DNA from: Podarcis tiliguerta
Taxonomy: Eukaryota
Strand: one strand, 5' to 3'
Assembly: GCA_965153285.1 (NCBI GenBank)
Contig: OZ229118.1
DNA length: 64,000 nt
Shown here one piece after another: positions 50,376 to 64,000 of the stretch; position 1 is the stretch's first letter, and every line of letters starts with the position of its first letter. The translations under genes were made by a program, and so were the position numbers. The notes below the pieces were generated by a model. That model was not told the origin of the DNA. It saw only the letters and a program-made list of their open reading frames with translations, and ran no database searches.

Positions 50376-51582
50376 GTGATTTCCTATGCTACCTTGGTCA
50401 TCTACATCTATTGCTGCCAACATTGTTGACAAGCAAATATCTTCAACAGATGCCACTGGCTGCATTCAGTGTCATCTGGTGTGGTGACTGACTCCTTCAA
50501 GATTCATTTTCAAAATTCATCATCATCATCTATATTATCATGCTGCACGGAAAATGAATGACTTTTCATACTCCAGGAGGAGACACAATTGGGCCCCTTC
50601 TGGATTTCCGAGAACTGCTTTTCTTCACTATCCACTATAAGCTTATTCATCAAATCCGTACAATGAGTTTGCACAAGCTATCAAATCAAGACAGTTCTTC
50701 TTCCTGCCCATTAGCAGGAGGTCTATCAGCTCTGTGCTGTGGAAGAGCATGCTGAAACATGCCAATAGATAGCAGCAGTCACTCCATTGAAAAAAACAAA
50801 CATTGATGCTTTTGGGTGGCCATCAAACAGCTGAGCAGTGACATAGCCTTATATGCACAAAATGCTTGCAGTACAATAACCAATACAGACAAGCAACAAT
50901 TAAAACTGTAAACCAGCCATTAGTTAGTGGTTAATAGAGTAGTTCATACAACATGCAAATACACCTTCTAAGTGCATTTGCTGCAATTAGACAAAGTGTA
51001 ACTCATTTGTACAATATCCAGAAAGATCATTGTACTATTCAAACAAACAGAAGGATCATATCCATTATGATATTAATTTTCTATGACTAATGGTAAACAA
51101 CGTCCAGGCAGATTGAATCAATTTTATCTAGTAATCATGGTCCCACATACATTCACTTGCACTATACTCGAGATAATTCACAATCGGCAGCTTACATAAA
51201 CTGGATATAATTTAATCGTGGAACAATATGTCTTTACATATTGCATAACAATATGCAGGGCACACATGGTTTGAATTCCGTTTTACTGGCTGTGCAGAGG
51301 CTTAAAAAGAATGCCTACTAACATTGCAAAGGTTACCATACCCATTGCAACATTAGTCTGTTGCAAAGCATAATATGCAGCCTTCCAGTGTTCTGTCAAA
51401 TGAAGAGGTGAGTTTTGAAGGACACAAGGGTCATGAAGGCTTTCCAACTATTGCGGTTATCGGAGGAATGTAACTTAGATGAACTTCATATGTCTTTCCA
51501 ACATCCCTGTGATATGGGCTTTTATAGTAACAAATGAGCATGAGTCCTTTTTGAAACAGTATTTCCAATAGTATTTCCAACA

Positions 51583-51802
51583 CAGGCACTGAGTTGCACC
51601 CAACATTGGGGGGCTGACATCACTGTTGATTTGGGAGAGACCGACCAGGCCTGGTTTGACATCCCGTCAGGCCACACCATGTCAGGATGACATCCTGCCA
51701 GGCTCCCTCTGCCCCCTCAAGATTGGGGGGGGGGGTTAGCCCCATCTCAGCGGACATGGGGGGGGCTGTGGAGGCTTCAGCCCCATAGAGTTGATGTGCC
51801 TG
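51583..51802. mobile_element. Possible G-rich MITE
   Basis: GC-rich block bounded by CAGGCAC...GTGCCTG. TSD unclear. Confidence 0.45.
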
Positions 51803-52949
51803 CCTTCCACACCCTCCCACCTCCCAAATGTGTTTATTTGTTGCTTTGTATTTTCCTAATTGCTTTGCCAGATTCTCCCTTACTATGAGAATGAGAGAGG
51901 AGCAAACCAGGAACATTATACCTGATTTAAGGAGATCTCCGAAGGGATAAATAAAATTAGGTGGTGTGCCAACAGGTGAGGATGATAAAACAGCAGTGAA
52001 ATGGGTCATGGACTATCAATATGCAATTGACAACAAGTCGCTATTATGATCAATTAACTGTTCAGTGGTAGTAGTAGATTTTACATTATCTAGGTGCCAA
52101 ATGTATTGGCATTTACTGTACATGGAAGGAACATTTTATCTGTCCTAAATTTAGCAGGCTAATTATTATTCCTATGTGTATGAGGCATCAGCTGCCAGTA
52201 CACAAGTGTAAACCCAAAGTCTTTTATACAGTACACTGGGATGGGGAATGTTTTTCAGCCCAATACCTGCATTCTGTTGAGGACAACTTTCTGAGGGTCT
52301 CATGCCACCGATGGGCAAAGCCAGAAGCAAAAGTGGGCAAAGCAACAAAAGTAAATGTTATGTTTGTACAGTAGAGTCTCTGTAAACACTTGCATACCCC
52401 TCTCTCCTCCATTCGGACAAGCAAGAGGCATTATCAGAATTGAAGGACACATTGCAGCCAAGACAAAAACACTTGCGTAATAAAACTAGGCTAGTAGGAT
52501 GTGGCTGGGGGAGAAAGGAGAGAGAATTGCCGAAAATTTATTCCCTTCTCATTCCACCGACAGAAACCTTAGTGCCAGCTGAAAGACACCACCGGATGCA
52601 ATTCATTGCATATACAGAACAAATTGTTAAATGTCCTGCTTGGGGTAGAATTGTCAAATTCTTGAGGTCGAATTCTATAAATCATTACTATGCTTGGATT
52701 GGAAAGCATACAACAGATCACAGGCGGGCAAGTATTCAGAATTATTGCACCATATGGAGACATCACAATGTACTGTGTTGCTAGACTTCTTTTTGGGCTT
52801 CATTTATTATTGTAATTGACTCTCTGCTATCTGAAGGGAAAAGGCTAACAGTGTAAAGAAAATAATTGGACCGCAGAATATTGGCGCGATGATATTACAC
52901 CCATTTCCTCCTAGAAAAGATGCTTACTGTGACAGCAATTATAAACCCA

Positions 52950-53215
52950 AAGAAGCTGCAAAAAGAGAAAATTCAATAATCCTTGCTAGGGATCCTTAGG
53001 AAAGGGGTCAAAAATAAAACTTCCATTTTTTTAATGTCCTTATACAACCTAATGGTGTGACCACACTTTGAGTACTGTGCACAGTTCTGGTTGTCAGGTC
53101 ACAAAAACGATATTGCAGAGCTGGAAATGGTACAGAAATGGGGAGCAAAATGATTGGAGACCTGGAGTAACTCTCCTACAAGGAAGGGTAACTTTTCAAT
53201 TTAGTAAAAAGGTGA
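52950..53215 (+). mobile_element. Old CR1 LINE ORF2 3' fragment
   Basis: TTATACAACCTAATGGTGTGACCACACTTTGAGTACTGTGCACAGTTCTGG reads LYNLMV*PHFEYCAQFW, matching the CR1 motif VRPHLEYCVQFW. Confidence 0.8.
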
Positions 53216-53799
53216 AGAGTGGGGGATATTAATTAATGCTCTTACATTTATATCTCCCCCCATTTATTCCATTATGAAACGCAAGGCAGCATCTACATGT
53301 TTCCAAGACTCACCCAGACATTGACTGCACCCAGACCTGCTTAGTTTCAGGAAAACAGTTTCTTTCTGTGACTTCAGACTATATCCTGAGACTATTTATA
53401 TATGATGGGTATATATACAATTGTGAATGGTATGGGATTAACTAAAAAGAGAAAGCTCATAATGGAATCAGATTGTTAAGAGTATTTTTGTGGCAATAAG
53501 AGTTCTTTGACGTTACAGTCATATTCCCTACTTTCTCAAAAGCAATCATGTATAGCATTACTTTCTAAGTCTATTCTTGTGTGAAATGGAAAGATAGATG
53601 GTTCTGGACTTTCTGTCTATGTTCAAAATAAATTCATATTTAAAGTTCTATTATATAAAGAAAACAGACATAAATGTGACGGGTTTTAGAACAGTATCCT
53701 TCTACACAGAACATGTCTTTTCTCCATGCCCTCAAACATCAAAACAGGAAATGGGGAGGTTATAGAAGGTGAGTGAAGGGTTAAGCATCTTCTATTATT

Positions 53800-55200
53800 G
53801 GGCAAGGTGATTTAGATGGTGGTCGCTGAACAACTCCAAGTACGCCTGGAGGATGTGGATCATTTGGATCCTTTCGAGTTGGGATTCAGGCCTCATCATG
53901 GCACTGAAACTGCCTTGGGCACGCTGGTTGGTGATCTCTGGTGGGTTAGGGACAGAGGTGAAAGCTGTTTCCTGGTCCTGCTGGATCTCTCAGCGGCCTT
54001 TGATACCATCAACCATTACATCCTTCTGCACCATCTAGAGGAGTTGGGAGCTGGGGACACTGCTTACAGTGCTTCCACTCCTTTCTCCTGGGTCGTGTCC
54101 AGAAAGTGGTGTTGAGGGATGAGTGTTCAGACCCCAGGACTCTTACTTGTGGGATGCCTCATGGCTCCGGCCTCCCCCCCCCATGCTTTTTAACATCTAC
54201 ATGCAGCCACTGGGAGAGATCATCAGGGGGTTTGGGCTGGGTGTCCACCAGTATGCAGATGATACCCAGCTCTATCTCTCCTTTAAATCAGAATCAGTGA
54301 AGGTAGTGAATCTCCTGTGTGAGTGTATGGAGGCAGTTGGAGGATAGGTGGTGGCTAACAGATTGAGGTTGAATTCTGTCAAGACAGAAGCACTTTTCTT
54401 GGGAGACAGGGGATGGGTGGGGCTGGGGGTAGGGGTGGGGGACTCTCTCTGGTCCTGAATGGGGTAACTGTGTCCCTGAAGGACCTGTGTGGAGCCTGGG
54501 AGTCATTTCGGATTCACAGCAGTCTATGGAGGCACAGGTCAATTCTGTGTCCAGAGCAGCTGTCTACCAGCTCTATCTGGTATGCAGGCTAAGACCCTAC
54601 TTGCCCATGGACTGTCTCACCAGAGTGGTGCATGCTCTAGTTATCTCCCACTTGGATTACTGCAATGAGGTCTCCGTGGCACTACCTTTGAAGGTGACTT
54701 GGAAACTACAACTAATCCAAAATGTGTCAGCTAGACTGATGAGTGGGAGTGGCCACCGAGACCATATAACACCAGTCCTAAAGGATCTTCATTGGCTCCC
54801 AGTACATTTCCAAGCACAACCCAAAGTGTTGGTACTGACCTTTAAAGCCCTAAATGCCTAGCCTCGGCCCAGTATACCTTAAGGTGCATCTCCACCTCCA
54901 TTATTCAGTCTGGACATTGAGATCCACTTCGAGAGTCTTCTGGCAGTTCCCTCACTATGAGAAGTAAAGTTACAGGGAACCAGGCAGAGGGCCTTCTCAG
55001 CAGTGGCACCCTCCCTTTGGAATGCCCTCCTATCAGATGACAGGGAGATAAAAAAATTACACAGCCTGAAGGCAGCCCTGTTCAGGGAAGTTTTTAATGT
55101 CTGACATTTTGTCATTTTTTATATTTTGCTGGAAGCCGCCTAGAGTGGCTTGGAAAACCCTGCCAGATGGGTGGGGTATAAACAATAAAATTATTATTAC
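53800..55200 (+). mobile_element. 5'-truncated L2-clade LINE (RT pseudogene plus 3' UTR)
   Basis: Frameshifted ORFs carry GFRPHHGTETAL, LVLLDLSAAFDT, LFNIYM, HQYADDTQLYL, LVISHLDYCN, HITPVLKDLHWLPV and TFKALN. Ends in AATAAAATTATTATTA. Confidence 0.93.
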
Positions 55201-56078
55201 TGTTATTTTTGCTGTTATTAAGTATTCAGAAAATGAGGGGGCATATTAAGTATTAACTTTTTCAAATTAAAAAATGCTGACAGTGCTGTACACCATGCAT
55301 TTAATGTAATAGATAGTTAGACTCATTAATAACAACCTTAAATTAGCAAAATGTACCACTTTCAAACAAATCGCAAACTCAGTTTCATTCCATGTGGAAA
55401 TGAGTACACCATTACGTAAACTAGCAACAAATTGGCAAGGAACCATTTCTCAGCTGTTACACTCATCTCAGAACTGGATGAAATCACAGATTGGGAACAA
55501 CAATTTGGGAACAACTGAGAAAAGGTCTTTTAAAATCTGAGCAATTCTGATGTAGTAGTCAGAGCTTGGTACCCCAACATATGCCAAGAGGAAGAAATTG
55601 AGCCATGTAGGTTCAATGCCACTGCCAACTGATCATTGATTTAAGGCGTTTATATATAGTCCTCAATAGCTAGGCAGCTCAAGGCAACAATAAAAACAAA
55701 ATAAAAATACATTCAACAAAGCAGGTCACCAATATAACATAAAAGTAGCACAAAAACATGAATGGTGAGGCTAAAATTGATAAGAACTGGAGAAGTTTAA
55801 AAGGCACAGGAGAATAAAATTGCCTTTGCCAGGTGCCAAAATGGCATCAAGGTTGGTGCCAGGTGAGTCTTGAAACCAGCTGGGACCCTAAACCAAAGCT
55901 AATGTCATGGCTGGTTGTCTGGAGACAAGCAAGCCAGATGACAGGTAGAACAGGCAGCCTGGGAACTAAGTCTCTTTTCGATGAAGGAACCAGAGCACAC
56001 TTAGCAGTTTTTACCAGGAAGTGGAACCCTATTGATTCCTTGGGTCACTGATGAAATTGTAGCTACTATATCTCTAGT

Positions 56079-56459
56079 GAAAGATAAAAAGGTAAAGGAC
56101 CCCTGGACAGTTAAGACCAGTCAAAGGCGACTATGGGGTTGTGGCTCTCATCTCACTTTCAGGCTGAGGGAGCTGGCGTTTCTCCACAGACAACTTTCTG
56201 GGTCATGTGGCCAGCATGACTAAACCACTTCTGGCACACCAGATCACCATGACAGAAACCAGAGCGCACAGAAATACCATATACCTCCCTACTGCAGCGG
56301 TACCTATTTATCTACTTGCATGCTTTCGAACTGCTAGGTTGGCAGGAGTTGGGACAGAGCAATGAGAGCTCACTTTGTAGTGGGGATTTGAACCGGTGAC
56401 CTTCTGATTGGCAAGCCCAAGAGGCTCAGTGGTTTAGACCACAGTGCCACCCGCGTCCC
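56079..56459 (-). mobile_element. Full-length Sauria SINE
   Basis: AAAGGTAAAGG tail to ...CCACCCGCGTCCC head. Perfect 11-bp TSD ATATCTCTAGT (56068-56078, 56460-56470). Confidence 0.95.
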
Positions 56460-59400
56460 ATATCTCTAGTAGTGATGTTGATGGAGCACAGTAGATAGCA
56501 GGCTTCCATTCACTACTCTGAAAAGCTACCTATTGCGGCAGAGATTAAGGCACCCAGTTTGTACTGTCAGAAAGCACAATTCAAACTCCCAAGTGGCCTA
56601 CAATTAGAGCTTGTCCACACTTCTGCTTGTCCCGTGCTTTCTAAGGCAAGGAACTGAGAGGTTTTTTGTTTGCCCCACCACTTTCCCCAGGAAAAATCCG
56701 CTGTTTACCGCTGAATTGTAACAAATGTCAATCAAAACCTCTCTGACCTGTGCCTACAAAGCAGGGAGCAAACAGAATAAAACATAGACCGGACTCAAGT
56801 GTGGATGAGCCCTTAGTCATCACAGCAGTGGCAAAAACAAGAGGTGTGTGTAAAAGGAGAATTGGGGAGAGATAATAGTGGATAAAAACAAAGCTCAGAT
56901 GATTAATTAAACCAATTAATGCACACAGCCTTAATTTTAACATGCTTTTAAAATGGATAGCTTCAACTAAGCAACTATTTTAAAAAGGTATAAGTAAGAA
57001 CCTGGGGAGAGCTGAATAAATTGTTCTTACCTGCGCTAAGTGATGGAAATTTAATTACTACTTTGACAAAGCACTGCAGCTCTTTATGAAGGCACTGCTG
57101 TAAAAACAACAGCAGACTTTCCCCATAATCTTTGATATCTAAACAGCAGTTTGGATTATCTTGATAGCCAAATACATAAATGTTTGGGGATTACTGACAA
57201 GAAAAGCTTCTTACAAAGGAACAATTTTGCAGGCTGAACAAAAGATAGGGCTATAATGCAAGTATCATGCCGTATTCCTTAAGTCTGAGCACTATTAAGC
57301 AATTGAGCTGTCCAAAGAAGGGCTTGGTGATATTAAAAAAAAGCAAAGCTATAGAAATGGTCATGTAATTGACATTTTAGGCAGGATTGAAAATTAAAAG
57401 GGCACAGTCTCATTTAAAGGTCTTATGTTTGAAAACTCATGTTTTACAAATAATGCAATCAAACTAATTAAAAATACAATAAGATAAACAGTCAGAGAGT
57501 AAAAATATCCTTAAAACTCATCAGTAGCCAGTAAAAACCATGATAAACAAAAATGTTTATACGCTGGAGCTGCATCACTCTTTGCACAAGACTTATTTCT
57601 GGAGGAGACCGATCCAGAGCAGTTCACAGCCTCCATACAGGGAGCTTCTTTTTTTTACATTATTGTTAGTATTGAATCACAGTGGGCTAGACCTGTATAC
57701 GTGACTAAAACCTATACTAACAGCAACTGCTGCGATGCTTGATAGAATGTTACATCACTCACAGTCAAGAAATGCCACTGCATAAACATCCAAATTCCAC
57801 TGGTATTATGTCACTCTGAAAAGAGAAAGTATTCAGAGATAGAAGAAGTTCACAGATTCAATAGCTATAAACTGGGCTGCTCTTCCCTTCTGACAGCTTT
57901 AGATTGTAAGATCATTGAGAACAAGGACCTATCATTTTATGATTATGAAACCTGGCAGAGCATTGTGTAAATTGCTGGTGCTCTAGCTGCAAATAATTTT
58001 ATATAGTTGACAAGCACTCCGCACCCCATTCCTCACACCCCCTTTTAGCAATGTTTTCAGTGACTTCCGGGTTTGCATGTGTGCACGACTGCATGTCATT
58101 CGGACACACGTTAATCAGTCATTGCCTGTAATGTATAATTGGGTCAATGATAAATTGCAATCATTTATTTATAGCATAAAAGCTGGTTATCTGTTTTGGG
58201 GCCAACTACTGTTGGCATAAGGAAGAATGCATAGGTTTGAGTTACACGAAACACTTCAGACTAAAAGAATGGTTAGTCAATTGACAGCTATCCAAAGAAC
58301 AGCTTGGTTAGAAGGCAAATATTTTTTTAGCCACTGTAGATATTGCATTTCCTTTTGTGACTCATTTCCTGAGATCTGGAATCTATTATTGAAACATTAA
58401 AGTCTGTAATCCAGCACACAGATACAGACATGTAACTCCCACTGCAATAAATGGGACTTACGTGCAAGTAATTGTGGGCGGGATTGAGGCTCAAAGGTTG
58501 ATGCTGAGTTAATTTGTCTGAATATTTCCATTAATCACTAAAAAAAAAAATCCAGAAGAATATCAGTCACCCACAAGCTTTAAACATCAAGACAACTTGC
58601 CAGGGAGAAAAGTAGAGTTGAAAGAGACTCCAAGTGAAACTTTCATGGAGGCAGATGGATCGTAAGAAACACAGAGCATTTCGACTCTTTTATACTCTAC
58701 AGCCAATGAAATTCTGAAGGAAAACTGAGTTTAGAAAATGGGAAGAGTAAACCTAAGACACTCAAATGCAGCAATAACAGTCCAAATAAAACTGTCATGT
58801 GGTAGGATGTCAACCCTCGGAGAAGAGGCATAAAATGTCCTGTCCTCTATCTGCTGGAAGCCAAAACACAAAACACAACACAAAACACCCTGATTCAGAA
58901 TGATAGTCAATAGAAGCTGCCTTCCAATGTCAACCCACTGGTGTAGCTAGTTTTCTACTGTCAACAGTTTCATACAGGAGTTTTTCCTAGTCCTAACTGA
59001 AGATGTCAGGGATTAAACATGGAATCTTCTGCATAGAAGCATGTGCTCAACTGATTCAGCTGCAAAAGGGCTACACCCTTCCTCAAAAGGGTTAGACAAC
59101 TCATACAGATGTAGTTGTGAGTGTGCATGCATAACAGTTTATGTGGAAACCACTATACTCAATAGATATATAGTTGCTGTCAAAAAAACAAGTAGAATGC
59201 AACACTCATGACTAGAGCGTCTCATGGAATACTGAGGCTATGGGAGAACATGAAGTTATAGTCTTCTGATATCATTTTAAAAGATCCAAAATAATACAGT
59301 ATCAAATACATTCTATTTCTGTCTTATGCATTTTCACTCTTCCATAATTTACTTTCAACCTATTCCAAGTCCATAGTATGTTGTGGGTGTTTTTTGAACC

Positions 59401-60488
59401 GCTTTAAAATGTAATTTGAAAATTGGTAGGTTAATTTATACAGTAATATGGCACAAGGACAACCTGTGTGATAAATTACTTTCATAGATCCAATACATTA
59501 GAACTATATTTACAACACATTTTCTTGCTAAGACAAGACACACCAATGCACTCTTCTTAATCTGTTTGCAATTGTGAATACCCTACCCAGCACATTCCCA
59601 AAGGCAATTAGAAAAATAAAATGAAAATCATTTTTGCTTGTTGTTTATTGATCAAAACAGGTCCCTTTCATCCTAGATTCAAACTCTTGGAAGAAACAAG
59701 TGCAAATTTAGAAGTACTCAGCACAACTGACCTACTTTGTATTTTTGTAAGAAGGGGATATATTCCCATAAGACACCTAAGAATAAAACTTGACAGTATT
59801 AATGCATTTGTGCAACTTTTTGGAAAATAGACCTTCTGATCTGAGGTATTATTTCTAAAGTTTACATAAAGGACATTATTTACTTGCGGGGGGAGAGGGT
59901 GAGCCAGTTTATAAAATTTTGATTTTTAAAGTAGTAGCTATTCTAAGCCAAGGATCAACATAAGACCTCTGGAATAGCTGAGATCTCAAGAGACCACCGG
60001 CTTCACTGAAGTTCTGATTCAAAACTTTCATTCCTTTTTTAAAGAGTTTAAAATATTTGCAGGATTATTCCACACTTTAATAATGTATGCTTGGATTTCA
60101 TGGATTTTTACAGAGCCTAAATTTACAGTGTTTGAGCATCAGTTTCAGTCATTTTTTGTTGGACAGATCTTGAAAAATAAAGGATTCTGCAATGTGGCTT
60201 AACATTTAGAAAACTAAATGCCGAAAAAAAGGTTTTATTAAAGAACTAAACTGTTGGACTATTTTACGCATGAGATGCCTGTGGGTATTATCTTACAGTA
60301 ACATTTACTGAAGCTCTTCATTTTTCCATCCAAACTCTTTGTATCATGCCTTATATTAATGAAACATCATTTAATATCCCACCATTTAGGGCTTTTTATC
60401 TACATCATACTTTGCCCAAATAATCATCATCAGCTCACAATGTCAGAACAGGAAAAAATATATAACATCTCAAGTTCATTAATTAGTA

Positions 60489-60729
60489 TAGGCAGCTCCC
60501 CTTTTATGTGGGGGTTACGTTCTGAGACTCCGCACGTCAGTGAAATCATGTATAATTGAAACCTGCAAATACCCTGTTATGCCCCCTGCCGCACTCCCAT
60601 TATGCCCTTTTAGTGACATTTCGGTGACATCTTTATGATTTTTTTCAGGTTACTTTCAGGTTTGGCGTGATGTGCCTATACACAGTAGCAAACATACTGA
60701 ACACATGTAAATGGGGGGAGGGCTGCCTT
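60489..60729. mobile_element. Older Tigger-like MITE
   Basis: Imperfect TIRs AGGCAGCTCCCCTTTTA / TAAATGGGGGAGGGCTGCCT with flanking TA. A partial relative lies at about 58005-58130. Confidence 0.65.
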
Positions 60730-63700
60730 TAATTACAAGACATACAAGCAACATTTTAAAAAATCACAGAAACATTTCAACAGGCCAACATTTCAAAAGG
60801 CCAATTGATAGTATAGCCAGAGTTGTACCAATCACTGACACCTAGATAGACACCGGTGTCAAACATCTAATAGTATCTAAGTTTTCTTTGACATCAGGCG
60901 TCCAGCTCTAAACCCAAAACAAAGGATGCACATAAATTCTCAAGTCACATTAGTCCAAACTACTCTTCGGCTCAGGAAAGAGGCCCTCCTCTCATTAAGA
61001 TCCCAAATGCTCTGACCTCCCAGTGCAATAATGTGTTATATAGAGAAGCTAGCAATAACAACAAGTTGCAATTTTGTCTGGAAATCTTGACTTTACCAGA
61101 ATCTTTTCACAATCTCTGAACAGTGAATAGAGTTATAGAGAGAAGTGGGGGACCCATTCTAATCCACAGTTCAGGCAATATACAATATTTCTTGAGAGGC
61201 AACTATCTATAAATTCAACTCCCAACACTCTGGGAAACTCATGTTATAAACAGCGGTTGATATTGGTGTCAAAAAACACAAAAAAGTGCTTTTCTGCCTT
61301 ATGTTGAAATGCTATAATTTTTTGTTTTTGTTTTTCAATGTAAGATAATCACAAAAAAATTCTCATTTAGGTTTTACAATTGAAAAATAATTTACAGTAG
61401 TGAAAGTAGGGGTTGCAGAGATGGTCAAGAAAGGTAAGTGACACCCCATTTCACACAATATACCTCGGAGATATGCCAGGCTACAGCACTAAAAATAGCA
61501 AGTAACTTAACTTGTTTTTCAAGGCAGTCACTTCCTGACAGTCAGGCCCCAATCACTATGCATCTCTCTTTCTTTAAATTGGATGAAAAAGACCAGCAGG
61601 AGGAGGAGTGATGATGATGTGTGGGGAGAGATGGAAAGGCAGGTTTGGAGAAATGATATCTCCCATAAGCAACTGGGCACACTGCACACCATCAGAGAAA
61701 GAAGGGAGAGCAAGACCTCCCTTTCCACAGGGCATTTCCGCCACTCTCACTGTTGCTGGCTGTTTTGGCTAGATTAAAACAGGAGTGTCTTTAAGCAAGT
61801 GTAAAGTGATTTAAATCAACTGTGAAAGTTCTCAGAAAGGGAGAAAAGAAAAGAAAGATAAATAATTCTACTGTAACATGGTTTTGAAAACAGATACAAG
61901 AGCAAACAAACTACTGGAAGCAAGCATTGTTTTGTGTTTGTGTGTGTTTGTGTGTTTCTATCCTTGTTGCTGATAAATGCAGGATGAACACATTAGAGAA
62001 AGAGAAAACAGGATGAACACATTAGAAGTATGAACTTTTAAAATAGGTTTCTCTTGCTTTGATGACATAGCTCTGTGAAGAATCATTTGTGCTGAATGTT
62101 TGTATTTTCCGTTTGCTCCATAAAATATATTTGCTGTTTCCTTGATAGTAATTTATTTTCTATTTCTATTCCATCTTTTTTTCCTGGGAAAAGAACACCT
62201 TAGCACTGACATCATATTAACGGATCTGGGTATAATAGCTGACATTTTGGCTTCAATTCCTTCCACTGTAATTGCAATATATAACCCCATTCTTCCTGTA
62301 TCTTCTGAATCAATGAAATATCAATATTTCTATAGATGTATATTAAAGAACATTGGGTGCAGTGATTTTGATCTTGTTTTTGCTGTTTATTAATCCAAAC
62401 AAATAATAGAACAACATATTGGTATTCCACTCCAAGATAACTAGACAAGATACATTATGCCTTAACACTGGGGCAATGGGAAGTGTTGAGAATGATACCA
62501 GATCCTTTGCTCCTTTCCCTTTCTTTACCCTTGCCCTTTCATTGAAAGGCAATTTATTTGCATCAAGTTTAGAGGCAATGCATTTTTAAAAAGATTTTTA
62601 AAAGGGTTTTAGGCACAATATAATAGTTAACCTGATGGCAAATTCTCCCTTGATTGCTTTGTGCTTGAATACTGGATGCCACAGTTCCTTCAATGGCATC
62701 AGTGGTTCAAAGAACTGCCACCATCAGGGAAATCAAAACATAGAGCATTCAGATGGATAAAATGGTTTGTTCCTCCACATAAACTGACCCTAATTGTCCT
62801 ATATGACCCAAGGTAACCATAAGGGGGCATCAGGATGTACATAAACTGACTCTTCCTGGGGTCACCCCCACAGCTCTCTGCCTTGCTACCATTGGAGAAA
62901 GAGGAGATGAAGCTCAGATGATGCTGGATAGCTGTGGCTGCTGACCACAACCTGCAGCTGTACTGTTTTTTGTGACTCTGCAGTGGGACAGCCCAGGACC
63001 AGGAGCAGCTCTGCTGAATTGGCAGCCCTGCAGAAGCATTTAAAGTAAGCCAGCTGGGCCACTGGGAGAGAAGGGAGAGAGGTTGGAGGAGCAAGGAGGA
63101 CTTAGAGATGATATAGCCCGAGCAGACATTGCAGTTTTGTCTGCCAATGCAGAAGGTGAGCCTTAGATCCCCCAATGGATGTAGAGCAAGTAGAAAATGT
63201 GTTTCCCCTGAGAATGTGCAGAGTGTGGTGCTATGAGTGAAGTGACTCAGAGTTCACCCAGAGCACAACATATCCTTACACTGGCACTGCCACTACCAAA
63301 AAGGAGAATAAAATATTACGATCGGAAAAACTCCTAATTATAAGGATCTTATGCTATAGTGCACAAAAGAGAAAAATAACTGACAATCTCTCATTTCCCA
63401 ACCTCGAAAGGCAATCACATGTAATTTACAGATTGTAACTTATAGGTTTCTACAGAAAAGCTGTGATTTTCTTGGCAAATCTAAAACATACTTTTAATAT
63501 TCCATTTCTATCCCATCCTTCAACTCATGAAGAGCCCCAAGGCAGAGCTTGTGCTTATGGAGAATTTAAAAATCAATCAAGACTTGCTGAAGAATCGCAC
63601 TGGCTTCAGTTCATGAGTTGGAACAAAATCTGAGCAAATATTATGAGTTACTGTACAGCTATTAATCAGACAGCCTAGACTCAGCATTGGCAGTTATACT

Positions 63701-64000
63701 AGTGAATACTCATCTGGAAAACTACCATTAAAGACATTTATTTGAAATATTAAGTTATTGGAAGTAAATCCAGTCCCCCCTCTGCACTGGCTTTTAGACA
63801 AATTATTCATAAAGCATACAAAAAAAAAATTCTGGGTCTCACTACAATCTCTAAAAATATGAAGCATAATGATGATAATGATATTCTATGAGCCAATTAT
63901 CAAGTCTTTGGTTAGCATGGTGTTCAATTTTGTCGTATGTTGATGTAATTAGTAATTTGACAAAAAGGATATCTAAAATTACATTCAGATGAACAGAAAG

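Noticed and set aside
53816-54861. Functional reverse transcriptase, retron-like or domesticated gene
   Set aside because: The RT is split over several frames, 5'-truncated, lacks an endonuclease, and ends in an L2 3' tail. It is a dead LINE copy.
62699-63175. 158-aa minus-strand ORF (longest in the track)
   Set aside because: Non-ATG start, no recognisable domain, and no convincing flanking splice sites.

Overview
This is AT-rich, CpG-poor vertebrate genomic DNA from a squamate, probably a lacertid lizard (inferred from several Sauria/POM-type SINEs with (ACCTTT)n tails). I found only one convincing protein-coding segment: a 249-bp, phase 1-1 internal exon on the minus strand (46751-46999). 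It encodes the follistatin-N/Kazal module of FSTL5. The rest is most simply read as the two long introns flanking that exon. They contain dead LINE fragments (CR1, L2, RTE), Sauria SINEs, hAT and Tc1/mariner MITEs (two nested pairs), probable solo LTRs, palindromic relics and microsatellites. I found no prokaryote-style system and no new gene. The observations most worth testing are: (1) two inverted Sauria SINEs 28 kb apart share about 58 bp of unique 3' flank, and the target-site duplication shows which is the source; (2) a candidate 6-nt frame-preserving neural-type microexon and a candidate 67-nt cassette/poison exon on the FSTL5 strand; (3) inverted SINEs bracket the stop-free, 3n-length exon, an arrangement compatible with exon skipping or a circRNA with an endless ORF; (4) transposon-borne regulatory motif clusters. 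All functional interpretations are hypotheses from reading the sequence by eye. No alignments or database searches were run.
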